DNA of 59,832 nucleotides, filler included, from Jimgerdemannia flammicorona (Eukaryota), in NCBI GenBank assembly GCA_003990765.1. It is 3 parts of 3 records of this genome, joined end to end, with 100 filler letters (N's around TTAATTAATTAA, not from the genome) between each part and the next. Parts side by side here need not be neighbours in the genome. Positions count along the whole stretch, not along the records: positions 1 to 19,878 come from RBNJ01001816.1; positions 19,979 to 39,855 come from RBNJ01001817.1; 1 more part is not named here. One strand, 5' to 3'. The notes under the pieces are model-generated. The model was not told where the DNA came from. It saw nothing but the letters and a program-made list of their open reading frames with translations, and did not search any database. Numbering within the stretch: the first letter of the stretch is position 1; every line of letters starts with the position of its first letter. The position numbers and the translations under genes are program-made. Of the stretch, positions 12,715-23,666 are shown in pieces.

Positions 12715-13982
12715 TGTAACATGCCTGGCTCAATGGAGGCAAATTACAAGGTTGGGTATTGATGTAGTTTGGCTTAAGCCCCCAGTTACTTTGTCAAAAA
12801 GCAACAAAATGTTCTAAGATTTCTGAGGTCCTTGGTGTTTAGTGGTATAATAGTCAAAGCTGGATATCTGCAAGTGATTTCCTTATTGGGATGGTTCTCT
12901 GGGTGTAGTGGCGATTTGTATTTCTTTCCTTCTTGGGTCAACTGGGAATTGGTAGAATTTCATGTGTAGCATGAGCGGTTTTCTTCTTGGGTGACAGTGG
13001 TCTCCAAAAGTATGCGATTTCTGGGTAACGATCTCGTGTAGTGTGACAATCTCTGAGTGTGATGATCTGGCAATTTAGCGGTTCTCCTTCTTGAGTGACG
13101 GGCAATCTTTGTGTAGCATGGCAGATTCTTCTATACTGGGCTCACTGGGAACAAATGAATAACATGGATGTTGCAGAAACTTGGATTGTACAAATTGGGC
13201 TCTTCTGGGAATAATAACTCGGGTGGCGCAGATTCTTCTTGAATTGGTGGCTTCAACTGGGAAATAACTCAGATGGCATAGATAACTTGGATGTTGTGGA
13301 TTCTTCCTGAATTGGCAGCTTCAACTGGGAATATGAACAACTGGTGGCTTTTTGGGAAAGGGTCTCTTGGCAAAGTTACATCAAAGACTGGCTTAATTTG
13401 TGCAAATGGATTCACAGTGAAGTTGCATCAGAAACTGGCTTGAGCAAGGCAGCTTTCTCTTAGGCTTATTTCTTAAGTAGTGGATTACTCAAATGGCAGC
13501 AAAGTTCTCCTTGAACTTGGTAGCAAACTTCAGGCTTATCTGGCAAATGAACCAAAAATGAACTTGTTCTTTGTATCAGAAAGTGGACTGGAGTGGGAAA
13601 ATAAGCTCACAATCTCCTAGCAGTGGCTGTAGAGTTCCTCTCAAAGTGTGGTAGGCAGACTTGTCTTTTGCTTCAATTTCGGACTGAGGTTTATTCACTC
13701 TTGTCTCTGGGGTAATTTATACAGTTGTGGTTGCTATCTGGTTACTACATTACTGATTATAGATTACTATCTATGGCAAGTGTGCAAGTCTTGCATGGGT
13801 GTGCAGGTCTTGCACAGTGGTGCAGGTCTTACACAGGTGTACAGGTCTTGCACAGGGATGCCTTATCTGGTAGTCTGGCTATTTATACAGCTTTCTGCAG
13901 CAATTGTTGCTGGTTACTATGCTATGTATTCATATAATCTAGCTAAGTTATAATTCAGGTGGTACATTTTTGGTTTGTTACA
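12715..13982 (-). mobile_element. 5' LTR of Gypsy family A (CpG-depleted copy)
   Basis: TGTAAC...GTTACA termini; colinear with the solo LTR at 43786-45125; PBS and gag adjacent. Confidence 0.92.
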
Positions 13983-16700
13983 GTATATATTAACCATCTC
14001 AAGATATATCTACCACCTATACAAAAAATCAGAGAGTTGATCAGCACCTCTAGATCCCTGTCCTCAGCCCTCTTCAAGCTCTTCCAATATACTATTATAG
14101 TTTTGAGATGCTTAAGAAAATAGTTTCTAACAAATTTAGATATATTAAGAGAATCTAGCCATTATATTATTTACTGCAGATCCATCAGTTGTAGGCCTAC
14201 TATGCAGTTGGTGAATAGTTATAAGAGCTTCCAACACTAGAGCAGAAGGTCTACTAATCTAACTTAAAGGAATACTATTACAGCAGATAGACTCTATATA
14301 ATATACAAAAGAAATCTTTTAGTCATCACTCAGATCCAATTTAACCTAAGAGATATATATATAATAAATAAGTACAGTTATCTGCCAGTCTATTATCAGT
14401 AGTATTGAAATACTATTTCTTGAAAAAGAAGATAAATCTTATAAATAGAGTAATTCAGATATAGAAGGAGATGATAGTATTGGCATAGATACTGAAGATA
14501 CTTATAGATATTGAAATAATGACTAAAGGACAGTCTGAGGACAGATCATCCTTTAGTGGAGACTGATATGATGTGCAAATATTATAGCAAAGCCAGATAA
14601 TATATATAAAAAAGAATACTTAGCATAGTTATCTCATATAATTATTTCTTGTATCACTAATTACTTAAATAGCCTGATATACTAAATTAGAATTAATACT
14701 ATTTCTACCTGAGTATATATTCTTACTCTGAAATATTATTTCCAACTAAACACATATTTCTACATAAGAGCAGCAGGTCCTAGCTTTTTAAATTAGTATT
14801 ACTATATATTTTATAATTATCAAAATAATAACTAGATAGTAACTACATATATATGTATAAAATACTCTAGAGTTTCAAGTAATAAATCTTAGTCAGAAAA
14901 GTCAGAAAAACAAAGCAAAAGCCAATTATCTGATATACTTGAGAAGATAATATATATCAATATATTGTTAAGAAATATGAGCTTTATTCCTTTTCTACTC
15001 TAGTCTACTTTTTGGTATAAAGAATTTACCATATTTTTGGTCTACTTGTCAGATTAAGTCTGAAGAGAAGTCTACTATATTTTGATATAACTAAGCTAGT
15101 CAGTTAGAAATACCTTCATAGTAAACTTATTTATATAAATAAAGCAGTTAACTGATATAACTTTGTTTGTCAAAAGATATCTATTGATTTTAGGATACTT
15201 GTACAACTAAGTCTGAAGATCTTGTTTTTGATATACTTCTCAGACAAAGTTAGGAGAACTTGAGAAATCTACTACATTTTTGATCTTCTTGCTAGATGTA
15301 GTCTGAAATATATCTTGCTCTAAAGTTTAAATAAGAAACTTAGCTACTAACTAGAGAACTCTATCTATTCAGAGAAATCTATCAAATCTGCCATATTATA
15401 CAGAAATTACCCTATTTAGAAAGTCTCTAAAATTATCTACATTATACAAATAGAACTTATATACTTAGAAGTAGAAAACTACTGAATATTTTATTACTTT
15501 TTGACAAAGTAACTAGAGACTGAAGCCAATTTTTATAACAGTCTCAATTTTGTTATTTGACTCTATTGAGCCAGCATGTTACACTATATTGAAACTATAT
15601 TAAAGTATTATATTTTATTACAGTTTTCTTTCTCTTCAGTATATAGAAGTTATAATAAATTGTGTAATTTTTTCTTATTATATCTCTTCTATATTACTAT
15701 TTTACTCTACTGTTAATTATATTATATCTCCTCTCTATTTTCATTATTGCTTTAGAGTAGTTCCAATATCAATTTAACTGAGAATATCTTAAATATCTTA
15801 TATCAACTCTATTAGCTCTATTAGTACTACTCAGTAAAGATATCTCCAGTATATTGATAATCTTCATTATTTTGTTTGAAACTCTAGGCCACTTATCTAT
15901 AACATCAGCTTTATTGCTACTGATAAATATATTATTAACAATACTTATAACTCTAATAATACTGATATAGATATTATAATATTACTTTATCTGACCTCTA
16001 AAAAATCTCTTATTCTATAGTAAAATATATATATATTTCTATTCCTTCAGGACATTTTTAATAACTATATTAACAATATAGACTCTTAGTTTTTACAATA
16101 ATCAAGAAGGTGTTTTTAAGCATAAAGTGATTGCTGACTCTTTTGGCTGACAGAATCTGTACATAGTATCTTTAGTGCTCTATTATTGTTAATAAAATAA
16201 GGTATAGTGGTAATGTAAAGCATAATGGAGTGAGGGTATAAGACAGAACTAAGAAAATTATAAGTTATATATATCTCTTCAGGATCTAGTCACAGTCAGG
16301 TATCTTAGCTGAATTTGTATTAAGATAATTACATTAGAGATAAATACATATATATATAACTCAATATGGTGTGAATACAAATATATAAATAGATTGCATA
16401 ATGATAAAAAGACCTTTGAGTTGTACATTGGCTGAGGCCCCTTCAGATTAAAAAGCCACTTAGGAGTATTAATACTCATAATGGCAAAATTGGTAATTTT
16501 CAGCTTTATATATGTGATGCTTGCAAATTAGAGTATATCATCCCCAAGCTATTCAAAGAATTCTAAAACACATGCCAGATGTCCTGGCCAGAGCGCATAA
16601 TAGTTGAGTGGTCCTCGGTTTGCTCAATGGCATCTGAGTTGCTCATAGACATTTTACAAGGAATAGTGGAGATAGATTACATGTTGCAATATGTACTTAA
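13983..16700. other. AT/TpA-rich decayed transposon-derived DNA
   Basis: Very low GC, abundant TA/TAG/CTA, no long ORFs; contains the decayed LTR above. Confidence 0.6.
14575..15583 (+). mobile_element. Heavily decayed LTR related to family A, opposite orientation
   Basis: Ends ...ctctattgagccagcatgttaca, the reverse complement of the family A LTR terminus. Internal blocks at ~14855-14900, ~14985-15065 and ~15495-15530 also match reverse-complemented LTR sequence. Left boundary is approximate. Confidence 0.7.
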
Positions 16701-18100
16701 AATGATTGAGTTGTTAAAAAGGATAAAAGAGCAACGAAGTGCAGGCAAAAGTTGAAATTTTTAGTAAACGACAGTTGGCGCAACCACCCTGGTTGTCATG
16801 CGCTGATTGGCCAGATTCACTATCATCAAGAATAAATTGAGAATGCATGCGAAATAGTCGCAGAGTGTGCGACACATTACGTCAGGTTTTGGCCGTGGTG
16901 AAGATGAGCCATAACAGCAGTGTCGCAATAGTATTGTTCGGTTATACAAGTCAGAAAAAGAAATCCTTTCACTCGTCTTCAAAAAGTGAATAATTACAAT
17001 AACTATAGAGTGAAGGGGAAATAAAATAATATAACCTCGATGCACGGAAAAAAAAACATAATAATAAAAAAAAAATTGCAGAAATTATTTTAACGATGAA
17101 GGAGGCAAGAAATTGTCGAGGGAATCAGACAATCGGCCAAGTATATAATTTACAGGTGCAGGTCGGGAACGGGCGCCAGATAATCGAATCATATTACAGA
17201 GCCGTGTGTGTGGGTGGTTGAGGCGTCCAATTTAAGGTTGTGGAAAATGGCATGACAGGCGAAGTGACGATTTGATGGAGCGAGTCGCTGAAAACACTTT
17301 ACAAGCTGTTCGGTTATCAAGATCTTTCTATAAGATCATGTGGTAAAATAAGATATAGAGCATGGAATCAATAGGTTCGTTATGATCGCCTTGATCCAGA
17401 TTTTAAACTGCCACATGGAAGGGTACGTTAAGTATCGAGCTGTAAATGCCTTTCGTATACCAGTAAAATATGTATATATTGTATAAAAACCCCTTTTTTT
17501 ACTGACGGATTTCGCAAAATTGCGCTACGTAGCATCTTTTGTTCGGGATTTTGGTCTTCCCTAATATCAATAAACGTCCCAAGCCACATATCGCCTGCAG
17601 TACCCCAATGGATTTGGCGCTGATAAACTAGCTCAGTTTATTTATTCAAATTGCACTATTGTAAGCATAGAAAAGACGGAAGGTCCGATTGCCCGTCTAT
17701 GAATTTCTACCTCGATCTCAACAATTCCCATCTCAGGTGTACTACAGTATCACGAATGAATCTCTGTTCTTTTACTTTCTTTTATTTATTTATGTTGCCC
17801 TACATCTATACCTTTCGCTAGATAATTTATTCAGCTTGAGACTATATATATCACCTGGCTTACCGGCTCACTCATTGCTCGGCTGCCCCATTCTACGTTC
17901 GCTAACACCATTCCGGAATATTCCCCTTCCCGGGAAACATAACTCCGCTCTTCGATCTCTCACCTACAACTTTCAGTAGCTCGCACTCGGCGAACACGAG
18001 TCGCCGGAGGTGTAATGGAAACATAATCGAAAGACCTCATTAAGACTTTATATGATGGCCACGACCGCGAAGTCACTCTTATCAGTTCTTTTTTCAAACA

Positions 18101-19184
18101 TCAAATAAAAATGATAAAATTGGGATCAGTAAGCTTGAGAGAAAAACGAGTCGCTAAATTGCCACACCGAAAGGCAATTTCCAACTCAATCACAATCGCA
18201 TTCCCTTTCATAAACATAACTGCACCATCCCCGCCCTCCTCCTCCCCCTTACGCAGTATGTGTCTTCTGCAGTGGGGAGACGACTTGCCGCTGGGCCTCG
18301 ATTTGCGGCTGGGAAACGATTTACGGTTGGGACACGATTTACTGACGTACGAAGATTTATCGCTGAGCGACAATTTACCTTTAAAGACGATTTACAAGTT
18401 AGTGCAGGTGACCAACAACTTGCGACTTTTGACCGACCGCTGAGAGTTAATTAGCGGTGACAGCCAGCGTGGGCGACTCATAATGACTACCCTTGCTGGG
18501 CAACAATCAGCCTCGCGGGGATTGGCGAAGAACGACAAGTTACCATTGAGCAAGGATTTGATTCTGGACAATTTTTTACAGCTGGGTGACAATTTGTAGC
18601 TGGACGGCGCTTTGCCCCTGGCCGACAATTAACTTTGATGCCCAACGATCGTAGTTGGCGGTGACGAATTGTCTCTGAGTGGTAATTAGCGGCTGGTGGA
18701 CGATTACCCGCAGAGATGTTATTGAAGACAACGTTGTGATGGCTTTATAATCCCGACAACTTGCCACTGTCAGTTATGCATTGCAGCGCAGCGATGGACC
18801 TTGATGGGTATGAAAGAAGGTTAGCCACTGTGAGATGGCTAGCCATTGAGGGAAGAAGCGCCACTGAGGACGGCAATGGGGGACATGGCATGGACTGCAG
18901 AATGGCGGAGTGTAGAACAGTATGACACAAGACGCAAGGACTTCTTCTGTTATTAAAGAATACAGGTTTTTGAGAACTACGTCCCTAGGCCCCTCCCCCT
19001 GTCGATGTGAAAATTTTATTAGTTCGAGTGCTTTTCCATCAGTCATTGCGCACGCCTCCCAGATGTTACTCGACGCCAGATGCAATGAGGTGTGGGTTTG
19101 AACGGCCTTCAAAACGGCCTTTGCGATTTCATCGCCAATTGATTTCTCTAACGGATCCAATGAAGTTATCCGTTTGTTATTCAA
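18101..19184 (-). pseudogene. Possible fragmented gene of unknown function with 6-aa Ser/Lys/Pro repeats
   Basis: ORF 18774-19184 starts with ATG and reads protein-like. ORFs 18392-18628 and 18101-18373 are in the same frame and show ~18-bp periodicity (SKSCPNRKSFPSRKSRPSGKSS). No family recognised. Confidence 0.25.
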
Positions 19185-19339
19185 TAATGCGTCGAGCGCT
19201 ATATTTTTTGTTAGGATTTTTTTTCATATCTTCAATACTTGACGCGAATTACTCCACAGCCACGATCCCATATGATGATATATTCCGACCGCAGATAGTG
19301 TTGTTTTGAAATGGCTCTTGAATTTTAATTCATCTTCAC

Positions 19340-19878
19340 TTATTAACTATCTATAACATGCCACATATCCTCATACAACATCCGTAGTCCCATTCTACCC
19401 CAATCTCAACCTACTCCCAGCCTTGCACCTTTAGGGTGTGAGTTGCGACCTCACTGCCTAAGTAACTAGATCCTTTTACCCAGCCTGCTCCACCCAGTGG
19501 GTATGGGTTGTGAGCCCCAACCACCTCAAGTACTTGGCATCTAGTGCACCTGACCTACCCCTATTAGTGCCTCCTTTCTTGCCCATCTAGCCCATCTTGC
19601 CCGCCCATGTTACCCGTGTTGCCATCTTGCTGTCTTGCCCATCTTGCCCGTCTTGCCCGTCTTGCCCGTCTTGCCCATGTTGCCCGTGTTGCCCATGTTG
19701 CCCGTCTTGCCCGTCTTGCCCGCCCATGTTGCCCATGTTGCCCGTGTTGCCCATGTTGTCCGTGTTGCCTGTGTTGCCCTTTTGCCTGTTTTGCCTGTTT
19801 TGCCCGTCTTGCCCATGTCGCCTGTCTTGCCGTCTGCCCATCTTGCCCATGTCGCCCATCTTGCCGTCTTGCCCGTCT
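19340..19878 (-). mobile_element. Second copy of the minisatellite retroposon; CpG-retaining array running into the assembly gap
   Basis: 19340-19590 aligns with ~4575-4830 and is followed by TTGCCCGTC/TTGCCCATG units. No poly(A) visible in this copy. Confidence 0.8.
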
Positions 19879-19978
19879 NNNNNNNNNNNNNNNNNNNNNN
19901 NNNNNNNNNNNNNNNNNNNNNNTTAATTAATTAANNNNNNNNNNNNNNNNNNNNNNNNNNNNNNNNNNNNNNNNNNNN
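19879..19978. other. Assembly gap with artificial linker
   Basis: N-run, TTAATTAATTAA, N-run; identical to the gap at 39856. Confidence 0.97.
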
Positions 19979-20229
19979 AAAAAAAAGGGCGCTCAAGAAA
20001 GAAACCGACTGGGACAGGTTGCAGAAAAGGGAAATGTTATATGAGCAAGAAAGGGAAGGCTTTAGAAATCAAAGAAAAGGCATGACGGTATTAAGTAAAG
20101 CAAAGGAGGTGTCCGTAAGGGCAAAAACAAGAGAAAATAATAATGCAAAGCCATGACCACCACCATTTTCAACCGCTGTATATCCCCCAACCATATACCA
20201 ACCAACAAAAACCATGCTCCGGCCACTTA

Positions 20230-22392
20230 TCACATCTCCATCGGCTCCACACCCCCAGCCGACTGTCCCCCGGATTGCGAGGCCTCCTTTCCGACAACAG
20301 TACCCGCGCTCGTGCTAATGGTGTTACGGTACTCCTGCTCGGCGAGGCGGGATATCTCGGCCAGCGAGTTCTCAATGTGTGACTTGAAGTTGATAAGGTC
20401 CTCTAGGATGCGGATAATCTCGTTGCCGGCCTGCTCCTTGAGCTCGTTGGAGTTGCGCAGGAGCGTGTTGTACCTGGAAGAACGAGAGTTTATTGATTAT
20501 AAATGATGCCATCCATGACATAGAAAAATGCAAGGCTTCGATTTTGGAAACTGATCAACAGAGTTAAAAAGGGTGGGATACATACTCGATGGTAACCATC
20601 TGCGCCTTCTGCTGGCTTTGCATCAGCCCCGTCTGACCGTCCATCCGTGTCTGCTGCAACCCACGCTCGAGCCCCTCCATCTCACGATTGTTCTGGGAGT
20701 TCTCCTGCCCAATGACCTATGCGCAATTCGAAAGAGCAATAGTTCGGCCACCGTCAATACCGCCGACGGACAAGAATCTCGCGTTAAAAGGATGGTGCTG
20801 CAGGAACCATTACATTTCATCGATATTTACCTCCTTCTCTTTTGCGTACTGGTCCGTCAGCTTGTGTATCCGCCCTTCCATGTTTGCCAGCTCCTCCGTC
20901 TTCTCCGTGACCTGCTCCACGAGCGCGTCGAGCTGCTCCTGAAGATGAATCGACTCGTCCTGCGCATGATGGAACTGAGTGTTGAACTCCTTGCGCAGCT
21001 TCTGAAGCGAGGGCTGTGAAGGGTGGTCCGAGGCATTTTTCAAAACTGTCAGTTAATGTTCATAAGAAAAAAAAAAAAAAAAAAAACAGAGAAGAGAATT
21101 AAAACGGGAATGCGACTCACCTTGACCACGTTACGCAGGTCGACCGAAATCATGTTCTCCGGGCGCGTCGCGTTCGGCGAGAACTCAATCTCGAAGTTGA
21201 TGCCTTCGGCATAGGGAGAAGTAGAGGGGACGAGGCCGATGCGGTAAGCGAGGGCATTGTAATCCTGTATTGCTTTCTCGACCTGAAATCACAAAGTGTA
21301 GAAAATAAACAAATAAATTATCAATTGACAACTTCCATCGACTAAACCACATTCTATTAGACCGCATGCCCTCGGAATCACGAGCAATACCCACAATATC
21401 ACGTTTCTTATTGCAAGTGATTTCCTTCTCCCAGAACTGCCGCTGGATCTCGTCGATCTTAGCCTGAGTGGTCTCCAGGTTCTTGGCCAACTGTTCACGC
21501 TCGGCTGTCATCCGATCCACGTCTGCGGGTGAGATCTCCTGCGCGTCCACCTGAGCTTGAAGCTGGGTCTTTTCTTGGATCAACTTTGTAAACTCGGCCT
21601 CTGGAATTGGTTAAGCACACAAGGACTGAGTCAAAAAACGTTTTTTTTAACGTCTACACCAATAAAGGGCAACATTAACAAAAGCAAACCTCTTATCTGC
21701 AGTTCGTCGCTAATTTTTGCATTCAGCTCGATCAATTTCTGCGCCTTCATGTCGAGATGCTGATTGTGCTGTATGAATTTCTCCTTATCGGACAGCAAGA
21801 TCTTTCGCTCGCTCTCAAGGGCAATAAGGGGTGACTGCATGCATGAAAAGACCCAGAGTTATATGTTAGCAACTCTGGCACCCTACATCCAAGTCGCCAG
21901 CATTCATCATCAAATAGCTCCGTCCGAAAATGCCTACCTTTGTGCTATTCAAGACAGCCAACTCCTGTTCCATCGACGCGTTCTCCTTGGACAGACGGTC
22001 AATCTCCTGCACCATATATTCGTTCTTGCGATCTGTGCGTTCGAGTGAAACGTATATCTTAATAAGCAGGCTGCAAAACCCCGTTCTGTATAGCCACTGT
22101 ACAAGGTTTGTACTTTCGTAAACAAGCACGAACTAACGTTAATTCTTCAATAACATCGCCACTCACCGAAATGGTGCGCCAGTTCTGCGTCCATCTGAGT
22201 GTAGTCGTCGCTGCCATGGAAAAAGACTCCGTAGCAGCTTCTTGTATAATGATTGAATAGTTTTTCAACATGACCCGGATTGTCTTCGGCGATCTGTCCT
22301 TCGTCTTCGAGATCGATGCTGTCAATTCTATCTGTGCACTGAGAACGGATGTTGGGCAATAGTATGCAGTTGAGACATTATATGATTGACAA

Positions 22393-22427
<35 letters not shown>

Positions 22428-23520
22428 AAAATTCCGTTATCGGGCACTTTGTATTCCATCAAAGATGTCGTCAGAGGCTTACCGTAATCAGCTCCACCAT
22501 CCATACCAGCATGGCAAGGAGCGGCGGCCACGAATGGGGAGCAATGACGGTGCAGAGCTGCGCTGGTTTAATCTGGTCCGCAAATGGATACCTTTGTTGA
22601 TTTAAAAGGGGAAAGATGTTCAAATTCGGGTGACAACACCAACGAAGTCGACGTAACCCCGGGATCACAATTTAAAATCATCTTCAGAACAGCTCGCAGC
22701 ATTACCCACCTCATTGCCTTCATCAAGAAGGGCACCTCCTCCTCGAACTTCTTCTTCTGCCAGTCGAAGTCGGGGTCCAGCTTGCTGTAGAGGAACTTGA
22801 AGACTTCCTGGAAAACTTTGGCAGACGGCGGTTTCTTCAGCATGTTCTCGTCCATGCCGAACCCGTTATTCCGTAGGAAGCTGACTAGAGTGTGGATGCA
22901 ATACTGCTTCTTATCACACTTGGGATCTTTTCCGGCTAGACCACTTTGTGCGAAGGAACGTGCATTGTAGGTGCTCGTACGTCTGGTGAGTAGTGTGGGA
23001 GAGGAGTTAACGAAATGAAATTTCACTTCAGTCGCATACGATTTCAAAATTAAGTGGATCATCCATCGATTCCACCCCACGATTAAACTACAAAATTAGA
23101 ATACCTTTGACCAGGCGTCATTCCATATCCCATCTGCCTTGCCGGCGTCACGCCATACCCATTCTGTCTCCCACCGTTACCCTGAGATAGTCTATCGCCC
23201 ATCCTCTGCGCCTGGACAGTCCCCGGCGGCGGATAGCTAGCTTGCTGCAGCTGGGAGGGCAATGAATTTCCCATTCCGCCCATAACGACATCGCCGCCAT
23301 TGTTGTTGGGGCGGACGGAGCGAGAGGGACCAAGTGACATGCGAGGGCCACCCATGGACATTCGCTGGACGGTCGAGGGTGGCTGCATGGAGTACTGGGT
23401 CGGTTTCTTGATAGCGGACGCGAGTGCGGGAATAGCTGTGGGGATGTAGGTTTGGTTATTTGAAGGATCAATGAGACCGAGTGTTGTGCGACGGCGATTT
23501 GTGGAGTAGGAAGGATCCAT
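20230..23520 (-). CDS. NDC80: Kinetochore protein Ndc80/Hec1 (multi-exon)
   Basis: Disordered N-tail MDPSYSTNRRRTTLG; CH domain (PSAKVFQEVFKFLYSKLDP...FEEEVPFLMKAM|RYPF, APHSWPPLLAMLVWMVELI); coiled coil with QVDAQEISPADVDRMTAERE; GT-AG introns; stop TGA at 20230-20232. Confidence 0.95.
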
Positions 23521-23589
23521 TGTGGGTGGAGAAAGGCGGTGTGTAAACACAACCAAATGCTCCCAATTTTGTCACAATTCCACTCCCGC

Positions 23590-23599
23590 GTGACGTCAC
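23590..23599. promoter_or_regulatory. CRE/ATF-type palindrome GTGACGTCAC upstream of NDC80
   Basis: Perfect palindrome 70 bp upstream of the ATG; the same 10-mer occurs at 35001-35010. Confidence 0.4.
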
Positions 23600-23666
23600 A
23601 CCCAAAATCACATTATGTAGTTAAAAGTTCATTATGTTTCTTGTATCATTAAAAGTGTCTATGAAT

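Noticed and set aside
19923..19934. TTAATTAATTAA palindrome inside N-runs (also near 39900)
   Set aside because: Artificial contig linker; adjacency across these gaps is not guaranteed.
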